Positions 1-9,992 of a DNA stretch of 64,000 bases are shown here, one piece after another. The position numbers and the translations under genes were made by a program. The number at the start of each line of letters is the position of its first letter. The first letter of the stretch is position 1. The DNA comes from Gammaproteobacteria bacterium (GTDB taxonomy: Bacteria > Pseudomonadota > Gammaproteobacteria > Eutrophobiales > Eutrophobiaceae), in contig OZ244905.1 of NCBI GenBank assembly GCA_965221695.1, forward strand, positions 2,144,001 to 2,208,000. The letters run 5' to 3'. The notes under the pieces were generated by a model that was given only the letters and a program-made list of their open reading frames with translations, did no database searches and was not told the origin of the DNA.

Positions 1-1213
1 TGCTGTCCAGGCGCAGTGGAAAACCGCCGCTGATATTCTTTTTTGCCGCCTCCAGTTCCTCCGGAGTAGGCCCTTGTTCGACAAATTCGCGGATGGTGTC
101 AAGCATGACCTGGCGCGCCTGTTCCTCTTGTCCTCCCCGGGTCTGCAGGCTGGCCGTGAACGGTCCCGCGGCGCGTCTTGGCGCAAAATAGCTGTAGGCG
201 CCGTATGACAGGCCGCGCTTTTCACGGATTTCTGCATACAGCCGTGAGACAAAACCACCGCCGCCGAGGATATGGTTGCCGACGTACAGCGGAAAATAAT
301 CCGGGTCACCGCGCGTCACCACAGCCTGCCCGAGCAGCACATGTACCTGCGACGACGGATGTTCGATGCGCAACTCCCGCTCCTGTTCAAGTTGCTCAAC
401 GGCAGCCAATGGTTCGAGCGCCTGGCCCGGCGCCAGGTCTGCCGTCAAATCCTCCGCCAGCGCTGCGGCTTGCTCTTTGTTCAGGGCGCCCACAATCACC
501 ACTCGCAAGTTACGGGCATTATAGAACTCCTGGTGAAAATTCACGATGTCCGTTCGCTTCAGAGAGGCAATGGTTTCCGGGGCGCCGTCTGTGGGGCGCG
601 CATATGGATGGGCTCCATATATTGCCGCATGGTAGGCGTCTCGGGCAATCTCCGCCGGCGACTGCTGCTTGCGCTCAAGCGCGATCAGCGCGCGCTGTTT
701 CTGTCTTTCCACCGCTTTCATGGGAAATGCCGGGTCCACAATGACTCTGCGCAGATTCTGCAAGGCCGGTCCCAACAATGCCGGTTCTGTTAATGACCGC
801 AGGCTCACGGAAGCGTAATCATGACCCGAATCAGCCTGGTATTGCGCGCCCAGCCGCTCAAACTCAAAACTGATACCGGTAGCGTCCAGCCCGGCCGCGC
901 CCTGGTCAAGCAAGCTGTTAGTCAGCATCGCCAGCCCGTCCTTGCCCGCCGGATCCCGCGCCGCGCCCGCATCAAAGATCAGGCGCACATCCACCATGGG
1001 CAATTCTCCGGATTCAACGAAATAGACCTGACTCTGCGATTGTGTCTGCCAGCTCAGAATAGTGGGAGCTGCCAGGACGACTTGCGCCCAGCACAGCAAC
1101 ATTGCGGGCGCCAGGGTCAGGAAAACCCTGCGGCGCGCGCAGGCGGCTTGCCTGGAACGGAACAATGTTCGGCTCATCCTGCGTTCTGTGTTCTGCCGTC
1201 TGCTATTCGTCAT
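1..1213 (-). CDS. M16 family peptidase, non-catalytic subunit (runs off window start)
   Basis: Not in the ORF track. Read by hand from ATG at 1213 (or 1177): signal-like N-terminus, then QVYFVESGELPMVDVRLIFDAGAARDPAGKDGLAMLTNSLLDQG. M16 fold motifs but no HXXEH. Overlaps the end of the upstream M16 gene. Confidence 0.85.
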   Translation of the reverse strand, partial: MTNSRRQNTERRMSRTLFRSRQAACARRRVFLTLAPAMLLCWAQVVLAAPTILSWQTQSQSQVYFVESGELPMVDVRLIFDAGAARDPAGKDGLAMLTNSLLDQGAAGLDATGISFEFERLGAQYQADSGHDYASVSLRSLTEPALLGPALQNLRRVIVDPAFPMKAVERQKQRALIALERKQQSPAEIARDAYHAAIYGAHPYARPTDGAPETIASLKRTDIVNFHQEFYNARNLRVVIVGALNKEQAAALAEDLTADLAPGQALEPLAAVEQLEQERELRIEHPSSQVHVLLGQAVVTRGDPDYFPLYVGNHILGGGGFVSRLYAEIREKRGLSYGAYSYFAPRRAAGPFTASLQTRGGQEEQARQVMLDTIREFVEQGPTPEELEAAKKNISGGFPLRLDS

Positions 1214-2606
1214 TGCCGGCCCCGCCTGTGTGCCGGCGCTGGTCCTGCCCGCTTTGTCTGGACTGCGGCTGTAGCGTCGCAACCGTCAACCGATCGTCCT
1301 GAAAATATTTGTTTGCCACATGTTTTACCTGCGCGGCGCTAATGGACTGAATTTGCGGAACGTACTCATCGACCAGGCGCCAAGGCAATCCCTCAGTCTC
1401 CAGGGCGCCTAGAATCATCGCCTGGTAGAACATGGAGTCGCGCCCATAGACATTGCCTGAAACTGCCTGCGCCTTCACCCGCGCCAACTCCTCTGCGCCG
1501 ATGTCTTGCTGTTTCAGATCCTCCAGTTGTTCCATTATCGCCTGTTCCACATCACCAACGGATTTCCCCTTGGCTGGAACGGCTTGGATGATGAACAAAC
1601 CATCCAGCCGGCTGGCCAGACCATAGGATGCGCTGATGCTCGCTGCCACCTCCTGATCGCGCACCAGGCGGGTTTCCAGTCGCGCGCTGTGCCCGCCATC
1701 CAGCGCGCTGGCAAGGACTTCCAGCGCATAGGGCTCCCAGGATGCGGGCGCTTCGGCCTGCGGGCGCAGCGCCGGCGTTTTATAGGCCATCAGCAGATGC
1801 GGCAATTCTGCCGGGCGTTTTACTGTAATGCGCTTGGGTCCCTCTTGTGGAGCTTCCTTGATCTCCCGCGGCGGAACTACGGCTCGAGCCTCGATCGGGC
1901 CGAAGTGCTTCTGCGCCAACTTGTGAACGTCTTTATGATGCACATCTCCCACCACCACCAGGATGGCATTGTTCGGCGCATACCAACGGTCATACCATGC
2001 GCGCAGGTCTTCGATGCGCATTGCCTCAAGATCTGCCATCCAGCCAATGATCGGGTGACGGTAGGGCGAGGTCTGATACGCCGTTGCCAACGCGGCCTCA
2101 TACAGGTATGCCTGTGGATTGTCTTCTGTGCGCAGCCGCCGCTCTTCCTTCACCACCTCAATTTCTTTGTCAAATTCCTGCTCCGATAATAGCAGGTTGC
2201 GCATCCGGTCAGCTTCCAGCCTGAAGCTGACTTCCAGTCGGGATTTTTCCATTGTTTGAAAATACGCCGTGTAATCCTTGCCGGTAAATGCGTTTTCATT
2301 GCCGCCGTTTTCTGCAATGATCCTTGAGAATTCTCCGCCGGGATAGTTTTCCGTTCCCTGAAACATCATATGTTCCAGCGCATGGGATATGCCGGTTATG
2401 CCACCATGTTCATAACTCGACCCGACCCGGTACCAGAGCTGGGATACCGCTACCGGGGCTCGGCGATCCTCTTTCACCAGCAGTTTGAGACCGTTATCAA
2501 GCTGATATTCATGCACTTCCGCATGCATGGGCGACGATAACGCCAACGTGGCCACCAAAGCGCCAATCCATAGGCTGTGGTTTAAGATAATTCGAAACTT
2601 CAACAT
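1203..2606 (-). CDS. M16 family zinc peptidase (insulinase/pitrilysin family), catalytic subunit
   Basis: Inverted zinc motif HALEH in GITGISHALEHMMFQGT; ENAFT; YAPNNA; signal peptide; divergent from ftsY as in other gammaproteobacteria. Confidence 0.92.
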   Translation of the reverse strand: MLKFRIILNHSLWIGALVATLALSSPMHAEVHEYQLDNGLKLLVKEDRRAPVAVSQLWYRVGSSYEHGGITGISHALEHMMFQGTENYPGGEFSRIIAENGGNENAFTGKDYTAYFQTMEKSRLEVSFRLEADRMRNLLLSEQEFDKEIEVVKEERRLRTEDNPQAYLYEAALATAYQTSPYRHPIIGWMADLEAMRIEDLRAWYDRWYAPNNAILVVVGDVHHKDVHKLAQKHFGPIEARAVVPPREIKEAPQEGPKRITVKRPAELPHLLMAYKTPALRPQAEAPASWEPYALEVLASALDGGHSARLETRLVRDQEVAASISASYGLASRLDGLFIIQAVPAKGKSVGDVEQAIMEQLEDLKQQDIGAEELARVKAQAVSGNVYGRDSMFYQAMILGALETEGLPWRLVDEYVPQIQSISAAQVKHVANKYFQDDRLTVATLQPQSRQSGQDQRRHTGGAGNDE

Positions 2607-2832
2607 TAATTTATTTTGCTGGCCTACAGCCCTCTAGGATTTGATTTTATCTAACCTCTGACAAGCGCAGGGCGAACAGGTTCAGTTTCCCAGATACAAC
2701 CCGCTACGCGCGGCAACAGTGTCTGTCCCGCATGTGTTATTATTTTACCGGCATGAATATTCATCATCTTGCGCGCCATATTATCATGTTGCCGCTCCCC
2801 TATCAGGCGAATAACAGCCTGATTCTGCGATC

Positions 2833-3798
2833 ATGCCCGGCGTTGTCTTATTGAATATGAAAGCAGCGGACAAATCAGGCAGCGGTTTATTTCACCGACT
2901 TGCTCAAGGGCTGGAGAAGACCCGCGCGCGTTTTCTCGGCAATAAGACCGAATTGATCAGGAGCAGGGCGGGCATTGACAACGCGCTGCTTGAAGAATTG
3001 GAAACACAATTAATTAGCGCTGATGTCGGTGTTGAGACCACAGCCGGGATACTGTCCGGTCTTGAGAATATCTATAAACGGGACGCCCGCCAGCAGCCAG
3101 ACGTGTTGACCGCCCTACAGGAAATCCTCGTGTCCTTGCTCGACGGGGCCGCGCAACCGCTGATCATCCCGGAAAAAAAACCGTTTGTTATCCTGGTAGT
3201 CGGCGTAAACGGCGTCGGCAAAACTACTACCATTGCCAAATTGGCGCAACGTCTGCAACGCCAGGGTCGCTCTGTGTTGCTGGCCGCGGGAGATACCTTC
3301 AGGGCGGCCGCTATCGATCAGCTTCAACACTGGGGAGCCCGAGTCAAGGCGCCAGTGATCGCTCAGCAACCGGGGGCGGATGCCGCGGCGACGCTCTACA
3401 ACGCCCTCCACGCGGCCCAAGCCCGCGGCACGGATATTGTCATCGCGGATACTGCCGGCCGATTACATAACAAAGGCAATCTGATGGAAGAGTTGAAAAA
3501 AATCCATCGGATTATCCATAAGGTCGACTCCCAGATAAGCGTGGAAACCTTGTTGGTAGTCGATGCCGGCGCCGGCATGAACGCCATTGTGCAGGCGCGG
3601 GAGTTTAAACAGGCTGTACCGGTGACGGGTGTGGCATTGGCAAAACTCGACGGCACCGCAAAAGGCGGGGTGGTTTTTGCGCTGGCGCAACAATTATCCC
3701 TGCCCATCCGCTACATCGGCGTGGGCGAAGCGCTGGATGATCTGCAACCCTTCGATGCGCGCGATTTTGTGTCTGCGTTGCTGGATCTGCCCGCATGA
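2833..3798 (+). CDS. ftsY: Signal recognition particle receptor FtsY (short form without acidic domain; start may be 2857)
   Basis: GVNGVGKTTT, DTFRAAA, DTAGR, KLDGTAKGG motifs. Confidence 0.97.
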   Translation: MPGVVLLNMKAADKSGSGLFHRLAQGLEKTRARFLGNKTELIRSRAGIDNALLEELETQLISADVGVETTAGILSGLENIYKRDARQQPDVLTALQEILVSLLDGAAQPLIIPEKKPFVILVVGVNGVGKTTTIAKLAQRLQRQGRSVLLAAGDTFRAAAIDQLQHWGARVKAPVIAQQPGADAAATLYNALHAAQARGTDIVIADTAGRLHNKGNLMEELKKIHRIIHKVDSQISVETLLVVDAGAGMNAIVQAREFKQAVPVTGVALAKLDGTAKGGVVFALAQQLSLPIRYIGVGEALDDLQPFDARDFVSALLDLPA

Positions 3799-4463
3799 TC
3801 AGCTTCACCGATGTCTACATGCGCTATCCGGGAGGCAAGGATATTCTGAAAAATATCAACCTGCATATAGATCAAGGAGAAATGGTCTACCTCACCGGCC
3901 ATTCCGGCGCCGGCAAAACAACACTCTTGCGCCTGATCACGCTCACCGAGCGGCATAATCGCGGTCAGATTATCGTCAACGGACATAACCTGGCGCGTCT
4001 CTCCCAGCGGCGCATTCCACACTACCGGCGCAACATCGGTTTCATGTTCCAGGAACACCGACTTTTGCATGAGCATACTGTCTTCGATAACGTTGCTCTG
4101 CCACTGCGCATCGCCGGTTATCGATATCGGGATATAAGAAAACGCACACATGCCGTATTGGAAAAAGTGGGCCTGCAGACGAAGGAGAAACTTTATCCGT
4201 CCGCGTTGTCCACTGGAGAACAACAGCGCGTGGGCATTGCCCGGGCGGTTGTTCACAGGCCCGCGTTGTTGTTGGGGGATGAACCCACCGGAAACCTGGA
4301 CCCGGCCCTGTCTTGGGAAACGATGAAACTGTTCGAACTGCTCAACCGGGTCGGTGTCACCGTACTGATTGTAAGCCACGATCTGGCCACGATAAAACGG
4401 ATGAACAAAAAAATTATCATCCTGCAGGATGGCTGCCTGCTCCCCGATGAGACCGAAACGTAA
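3795..4463 (+). CDS. ftsE: Cell division ATP-binding protein FtsE
   Basis: Walker A GHSGAGKTT, LSTGEQQRV, DEPTGNLD; ftsYEX order. Confidence 0.96.
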   Translation: MISFTDVYMRYPGGKDILKNINLHIDQGEMVYLTGHSGAGKTTLLRLITLTERHNRGQIIVNGHNLARLSQRRIPHYRRNIGFMFQEHRLLHEHTVFDNVALPLRIAGYRYRDIRKRTHAVLEKVGLQTKEKLYPSALSTGEQQRVGIARAVVHRPALLLGDEPTGNLDPALSWETMKLFELLNRVGVTVLIVSHDLATIKRMNKKIIILQDGCLLPDETET

Positions 4464-5412
4464 CAAAAACAAGCCAATCAGCGCGCGCCACAATTGGTTT
4501 AATCATTGGTGGCTGGAACATGCCCGCGCGTTTTTTTCCAGCCTTGGACAACTGTATAGAAAGCCGGCTGGCGCGCTGATAACTATCTCTGTGATCGGCA
4601 TCTCCCTGGCTCTTCCCGCGGGTTTTTATGCATTGCTGGAAAATGCTCAGCGGGTTACTTCTCAGCTTGACGTTGCTTCCCACATGTCGCTGTTCCTATC
4701 CCCGGACCTGGAGGGCGAGCGCGCTCTGGCGCTTGCGAACCGGTTACGGGCGCGCGCTGATATCAGCCATGTTGACGTGATAAGTCCTGATGACGCCCTG
4801 GCGGAATATAAACAGAATTCAGGTTTTGCCGATGCTTTAGCCGCTCTGGACAAAAACCCATTGCCGTTCGTGCTGGTCATCCGTCCACAATCCGCGTCGG
4901 TAGCGACCCCCGGCAACAAGGCATTGCTGGCGGAACTGAATGCATTGCCGGGAGTCGATTTCGGTCAGTTTGACTGGCAGTGGGCGCAGCGGTTACACCA
5001 GATTATAGAAGTATTTCAACGCGGCGTGATGATCGTAGCGGGTCTGTTTGCCGGCGCTGTGCTGCTGGTAGTCGGCAACACAATTCGGATGTCCGTGCAC
5101 AACCGCCGGCAGGAAATCGAGGTGCATAAATTATTCGGCGCCACCGATGCGTTCATTGCTCGACCGTTCCTGTATTCGGGCATGCTCCATGGCCTCGCCG
5201 GCAGCGTGCTTGCATGGCTGATGCTGGAGGTCTCCATAGGCTTGCTGCAAGGCCCGGTTGCGCGCCTGGCGGAGTTGTACGGCAACCGGTTTTTTCTGGT
5301 GACGCTTAGCGCAGAGGAAGTTCTGGGTCTGCTACTCATCGGGGCAGGACTGGGTCTCATCGGGTCTTGGCTGTCCGTAAAACGCCACCTGCGCTTGATT
5401 GAACCCATATAA
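4447..5412 (+). CDS. ftsX: Cell division permease FtsX
   Basis: Transmembrane segments, [19 protein letters not shown]...[19 protein letters not shown]; follows ftsE. Start 4447 or 4429. Confidence 0.95.
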   Translation: MRPKRNKNKPISARHNWFNHWWLEHARAFFSSLGQLYRKPAGALITISVIGISLALPAGFYALLENAQRVTSQLDVASHMSLFLSPDLEGERALALANRLRARADISHVDVISPDDALAEYKQNSGFADALAALDKNPLPFVLVIRPQSASVATPGNKALLAELNALPGVDFGQFDWQWAQRLHQIIEVFQRGVMIVAGLFAGAVLLVVGNTIRMSVHNRRQEIEVHKLFGATDAFIARPFLYSGMLHGLAGSVLAWLMLEVSIGLLQGPVARLAELYGNRFFLVTLSAEEVLGLLLIGAGLGLIGSWLSVKRHLRLIEPI

Positions 5413-5436
5413 GAACAGCTCTCAGCGGAAAAATTA

Positions 5437-5463
5437 TTAGCGCTCTACCCAAAAGAGCGCTAA
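5437..5463. promoter_or_regulatory. CIRCE-like operator (HrcA site) upstream of rpoH
   Basis: TTAGCGCTC-N9-GAGCGCTAA, a perfect inverted repeat. Differs from the CIRCE consensus TTAGCACTC-N9-GAGTGCTAA by one symmetric substitution pair. Confidence 0.8.
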
Positions 5464-5516
5464 AATATGAGTTATCTGGAGATGCATTATGTTTAATATC
5501 TCTGTGGAGGCTCTTT

Positions 5517-6368
5517 ATGAACAATATTTTAGCATTACAGCCGGCGTTGCCGACCGGCTCTATCGAAGCTTATATCCATGCGGTAAACGAGTTCCCGATG
5601 CTCAGCGCCGAGGAAGAACAGTCGCTTGCGCGGCGTCTGCATGAGTTGCATGATCTCGATGCGGCAAAACAACTGGTAATGTCACATCTTCGCTTTGTCG
5701 TCCGGGTCGCACGCGGTTACCGCGGTTACGGCCTGCCTCAGTCGGACCTGATTCAAGAGGGAAACATCGGCCTGATGAAGGCGGTTAAACGCTTTAACCC
5801 CGAGTTGGGCGTACGTCTGGTTTCGTTCGCGGTGCACTGGATACGCGCGGAAATTCACGAATTCATTCTGCGCAACTGGCGCATAGTCAAGGTCGCGACC
5901 ACCAAGGCGCAACGCAAACTGTTTTTTAACCTCCGCTCCCGCAAAAAGCGTCTGGGCTGGATGAATCGGGACGAGGTAAACGCCGTTGCCAAGGACTTGG
6001 GGGTCAGCGCTGCAGATGTGCTGGAAATGGAGAAGCGCCTGAATGCTTACGACACATCTTACGATGGTCCCGTTGATGAAGACTCAGAGCCTGAAGGCTT
6101 CGCGCCGGCCGGTTACCTGATTGACGACCGGGCATCCCCGGAAGAACAACTGGCTATGGAGCAGACAGACCAGGTCTATCGGCAGAAACTGGGTTCGGCA
6201 TTGCTGTCGCTTGATGACCGCAGTCAGGAAATTATTCGGCAACGCTGGTTAACCGAAGACAAGGCCACGCTGCATACCCTGGCGAGCGAATACGGCGTCT
6301 CCGCGGAGCGCATCCGGCAACTGGAGGCGAACGCGATGAAAAAACTGCGTCTCGCCTTCGCTGACTGA
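5517..6368 (+). CDS. rpoH: RNA polymerase sigma-32 factor
   Basis: RpoH box [23 protein letters not shown]; RBS GGAGG; downstream of ftsX. Confidence 0.98.
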   Translation: MNNILALQPALPTGSIEAYIHAVNEFPMLSAEEEQSLARRLHELHDLDAAKQLVMSHLRFVVRVARGYRGYGLPQSDLIQEGNIGLMKAVKRFNPELGVRLVSFAVHWIRAEIHEFILRNWRIVKVATTKAQRKLFFNLRSRKKRLGWMNRDEVNAVAKDLGVSAADVLEMEKRLNAYDTSYDGPVDEDSEPEGFAPAGYLIDDRASPEEQLAMEQTDQVYRQKLGSALLSLDDRSQEIIRQRWLTEDKATLHTLASEYGVSAERIRQLEANAMKKLRLAFAD

Positions 6369-6415
6369 TTCGCCGGCATGAAATCCGGGTTAGCGCCCGC
6401 CGGCGCTGACCTGCT

Positions 6416-7327
6416 TCAGACGGCAAGGCGCGTTAGCGCAGGAATGTAGTGGTCAACCAGCAGGATGGCAAACAAGCCCATCAAATACCAGATGGAGTAA
6501 TTAAAGGCGCTCATGGCCGTAGCTTCCTCCCCCGTGCGCAGAAGCTTGACGGTAAAATACAGAAACCCGGCTCCCAGCGCCAGCGCGCCAAACAGGTAGG
6601 CTATGCCGCTCATGCCCGTCAGAAACGGCAACAAGCTGACAACGAACAGCAGTAGGGTGTATAACAAGATGTGCAGCCGGGTGAAATCAAGTCCATGGGT
6701 TACCGGCAACATGGGAATTTCCGCATTTTCGTAATCTTTGCGTCGGGCTATTGCCAGCGCCCAGAAGTGCGGCGGCGTCCAGGCAAAAATGATCAAGAAC
6801 AACAGTAACGCGTGAGGATCCAGGCTGTTGCTAACCGCGGTCCAGCCGAGCACGGGGGGCGCCGCGCCGGCAGCGCCGCCGATCACGATATTCTGCGGCG
6901 TGGCGCGCTTTAAGAACATGGAATAAACCACGCCGTAGCCGATCAGCGACGCAAACGTCAGGCACGCGGTCAAGATGTTCACATAAACGCCCAGGAGGAT
7001 CATGGAGATGGCGCAGAGCGCAGCAGCAAAGACAGCGGCTTCCCGCTTGGACAACTTGCCCTTCGGTAAAGGACGCTTCAGTGTGCGCGCCATAATGCTG
7101 TCGATGCGCTGGTCGACTATATGGTTGATTGTCGCGGCAGACGCAGCCGCCAGACCGATGCCCAAGGACGCGCAGGCCAATAGGGGAAAAGCCACCATGC
7201 CGGGCGTGGCCAGCAACATGCCCACCAACGCGGTAAATACGATCAGGCAAACTATTTTTGGTTTGCACAAGGCCAGATAATCCCGCCAAACCGCCGTTTT
7301 CTCTGTCATTGTCGTCTCAATCTCCAC
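6416..7327 (-). CDS. cyoE: Heme o synthase (protoheme IX farnesyltransferase)
   Basis: DSIMARTLKRPLP, LKRATPQNIVIGG, WTPPHFWAL. Confidence 0.96.
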   Translation of the reverse strand: MEIETTMTEKTAVWRDYLALCKPKIVCLIVFTALVGMLLATPGMVAFPLLACASLGIGLAAASAATINHIVDQRIDSIMARTLKRPLPKGKLSKREAAVFAAALCAISMILLGVYVNILTACLTFASLIGYGVVYSMFLKRATPQNIVIGGAAGAAPPVLGWTAVSNSLDPHALLLFLIIFAWTPPHFWALAIARRKDYENAEIPMLPVTHGLDFTRLHILLYTLLLFVVSLLPFLTGMSGIAYLFGALALGAGFLYFTVKLLRTGEEATAMSAFNYSIWYLMGLFAILLVDHYIPALTRLAV

Positions 7328-8300
7328 TGCCTCGCGCCTGCCGGTAAAGAGTCAATAATGATAACAGCAGCAACGCCGCAACGGAATTGTGCGCAACGGC
7401 GACCGGAAGCGGCAAGCGCAGCAGCACGTTGGCGATTCCCAGCGCGACCTGTACACCCAGGACGAGCAGCAGGACTGTCGCGGCGGCGCGCGGCGGCTTC
7501 CCCGCGCGCAGCAGCGCGCACAGCGCGGCGCTGAGCGTCACCAGAAATGTCAGCAGCGCGCCGACGCGGTGAACCAGATGGATCGCGGTGCGCGCAGGCG
7601 CATCCAGAATCCCGCCCTCGTAATCAATGTCTCCTGCGCGCCAGAAGGTAAAGCCCTCGCTGAAATCCGTCTCCGGCCAATACGAACCGTCACGGCAGGT
7701 GGGAAACTCCGGGCACGCGAGCGCGGCATAATTGGCGCTGGTCCAGCCGCCCGAGAACATCTGCGCGGCAACAACGACCAGTCCCGCCAGCGCCAGCGTG
7801 CGGGTCAACGAATGCCCGCGATAACCGCCGGCGCGCGGCAACTGCCTGAGGACGATCAGGTACAGTATGCCCAGGATCAGCATGCCGCCCAGCAGGTGCG
7901 CGACAACAATAATGGGCTTGAGCAACTCGGTGACGGTCCACATCCCCAATAACGCCTGTAGCGCGACCAGGGTCAGCAGCACGGAGCAAGTGATTTTTTG
8001 TGCGTGTTGCGCGCGCCAGACCCATAGCGTCATCAGTAGAACCAGGATGCCCAGCATGCCCGCAGCATAGCGGTGGATCATTTCCTTCAGCGCCTTGTCC
8101 ATGTCGAACGGACGGGCTTCGCTCGCCTGTTGCGCGGCGGCGACCCGGGTCTCCTCGGTGACAAACAGGTCGCCGTAGCAGCCGGGCCAATCAGGACAAC
8201 CCAGGCCGGCATTGGACAGGCGCACGTACGCGCCCAGCGCCACCACGCAAAAGCCCAGCAGAAACGTGATGACTGAGAGGTTCAGAAAACCGTTTCTCAT
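7317..8300 (-). CDS. ctaA: Heme A synthase (COX15/CtaA)
   Basis: GLGCPDWPGC, EMIHR, HLLGG, ACPEFPTC, HLVHR. Confidence 0.93.
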   Translation of the reverse strand: MRNGFLNLSVITFLLGFCVVALGAYVRLSNAGLGCPDWPGCYGDLFVTEETRVAAAQQASEARPFDMDKALKEMIHRYAAGMLGILVLLMTLWVWRAQHAQKITCSVLLTLVALQALLGMWTVTELLKPIIVVAHLLGGMLILGILYLIVLRQLPRAGGYRGHSLTRTLALAGLVVVAAQMFSGGWTSANYAALACPEFPTCRDGSYWPETDFSEGFTFWRAGDIDYEGGILDAPARTAIHLVHRVGALLTFLVTLSAALCALLRAGKPPRAAATVLLLVLGVQVALGIANVLLRLPLPVAVAHNSVAALLLLSLLTLYRQARGSGD

Positions 8301-8890
8301 CCAATCCGGGAATACTTGAGCAAGCGGCCCAGGTCCTTGATGATGCCTGATGGTTCGGCGTTTCCGGCGTAGCTCATCATCAGGTTCCCCAACGGGTCGA
8401 CCAGGTATAGCCGGTCCGCCGCAAACGGCCGGTCTCCGGCCGAATGTTCGAACAAGGACGTCAGTGCATCGTCATCGATATTTTCAGGGAACAGCAACAA
8501 TTGGCCGGGAAAGTCCCGCCATTGTTCTTGGGTCAGCACATTTCGGTCGCGACCCACCACGAGCATGGCGCGCTGGACGCGGCCGGCGTTTTTGCCTGTA
8601 GCCAGGCGCAGTTGGCGCATTTTGTAGAGGTTTTGAAGACAGACCTCACCGCATTTTCCGGACAGCGGGTATACCAGGGTCCATTTGCCGTGCAAGCGGG
8701 TTGTTGCGCCACCCCGGTCGACCAGCGTCCAGTCAGGCAGCGGCCGGGGCGGGGCAATCAACATGCCGTGCCCGCCCGTGTCCCGTTGTTTCCCCAGGTC
8801 GGTAAAATTGAACGCGTACCAGGACAAAAACGGTGGCAGCGCAAACACCGCGAACAATATAATCAGAATTGCTGGCTTGCGGGCTGTCAT
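8297..8890 (-). CDS. Cytochrome oxidase-associated membrane-anchored thioredoxin-like protein
   Basis: ATG at 8890 overlaps the SURF1 stop. N-terminal TM helix, CxxxC (CGEVC), LVDPLGNLMMSY...IIKDLGRLLKYSRIG, typical of the gene between surf1 and ctaA. Confidence 0.8.
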   Translation of the reverse strand: MTARKPAILIILFAVFALPPFLSWYAFNFTDLGKQRDTGGHGMLIAPPRPLPDWTLVDRGGATTRLHGKWTLVYPLSGKCGEVCLQNLYKMRQLRLATGKNAGRVQRAMLVVGRDRNVLTQEQWRDFPGQLLLFPENIDDDALTSLFEHSAGDRPFAADRLYLVDPLGNLMMSYAGNAEPSGIIKDLGRLLKYSRIG

Positions 8891-9630
8891 CGGCCTGCGG
8901 GGCGTTGTACCCGCCGTTGTCTTATTGTCAGAATAATATAAATAACCAGCACTGTTGCCGCCAGGGCAAACCATTGAAACGCATAACCCAGGTGTCTTTC
9001 CCTGTTGAAGCCGGGTTCTGTTGCGTTCCATACCAGCGCGCCGGGCGCGTCTGCGTCAAGTTGCACCACATAGGGAAGCAGTGTCCAGCCGGTTTGCGCG
9101 GCAATTTGCGCCAGGTCGATGCGCTGTACCCGGACCAGGTTGTCGCTCATGTTTTCGGGGGTTTCCGACGCCAGCTTGATCCCGGCGACCGGGACCGGCC
9201 TGGCAACACCGGTCAGCGTCTGCGGTCCGGTAATGCTGCTGATTTGCGGCGCTTGGCTCCTGCTTCCGGGGGCCGCCACCCATCCCCGATCAACCAGCAC
9301 GGTCGCGCCATCTTCCAGTATGAACCGGGAGAACACCTGGTATCCGACCGTTCCGCGATATACCTGGTTATCCAACAGGAAAATCCTGCCCTTATCGTAG
9401 CTGCCGTTCAGCACGCAGCGCCGCCAGTGCATGTCACGCGCAGTGTCCCGCGCGCCGGTGGCCTGTACGAGGTCAACGGGCGCGGCGCTGATGTGCTGGT
9501 GATACGCGGTTTGCAGCGCTTTTTTTTCGTCTGCGCGGTCCAGTTGCCAGAAACCCAGTCTGGTAAACAACACCAGCGCGACCAGCGCCGCCAACGCGGG
9601 AATAATCTGCGATTTGACATGCGGGCGCAT
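8887..9630 (-). CDS. SURF1 family cytochrome oxidase assembly protein
   Basis: LGFWQLDRADEK, LLDNQ, VLVDRGWV, HLGYAFQWFALA. Start set at ATG 9630. Confidence 0.92.
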   Translation of the reverse strand: MRPHVKSQIIPALAALVALVLFTRLGFWQLDRADEKKALQTAYHQHISAAPVDLVQATGARDTARDMHWRRCVLNGSYDKGRIFLLDNQVYRGTVGYQVFSRFILEDGATVLVDRGWVAAPGSRSQAPQISSITGPQTLTGVARPVPVAGIKLASETPENMSDNLVRVQRIDLAQIAAQTGWTLLPYVVQLDADAPGALVWNATEPGFNRERHLGYAFQWFALAATVLVIYIILTIRQRRVQRPAGR

Positions 9631-9707
9631 CAAGACAGGTGAATATTCAGAAACCTGGAACGGGTAAACAGGATATACTGGCATTGGTAAAGCATGAAAG
9701 ACAGAAC

Positions 9708-9989
9708 ATGAGCGGCGCGGCTATATTTAAACTGGTTGTTATACTACTGCTGGCAGTCATCCTGATCTCCCTGGCTTCAGGGCTGTTCTTCCTGATTCGG
9801 GACAAGGGCAAAAGTGAGCGCACGGTTAAATCCCTTACACTCAGGATCGTCTTGTCCGTCGCCCTGTTTGTCCTGCTGTTCATCGGTTTTATGACCGGCC
9901 TGATCAAGCCCCACGGCATCAACCCGTCCGCGCCACCTGCCGGGACGGGTAACGGGCCGGACACTGGGTCAGGCATTGGGCCGGGATGA
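9708..9989 (+). CDS. Twin transmembrane helix small protein (DUF2909-like)
   Basis: SLASGLFFLIRDKG..RTVKSLTLRIVLSVALF..GLIKPH; opposite strand between cox3 and surf1, the usual arrangement. Confidence 0.85.
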   Translation: MSGAAIFKLVVILLLAVILISLASGLFFLIRDKGKSERTVKSLTLRIVLSVALFVLLFIGFMTGLIKPHGINPSAPPAGTGNGPDTGSGIGPG

Positions 9990-9992
9990 CGC

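Noticed and set aside
178-1342. Plus-strand ORFs at the window start, and similar long ORFs opposite coxA, bioB, proA, leuS and the receptors
   Set aside because: Antisense shadow ORFs of well-supported genes in GC-rich DNA, with no recognisable motifs.
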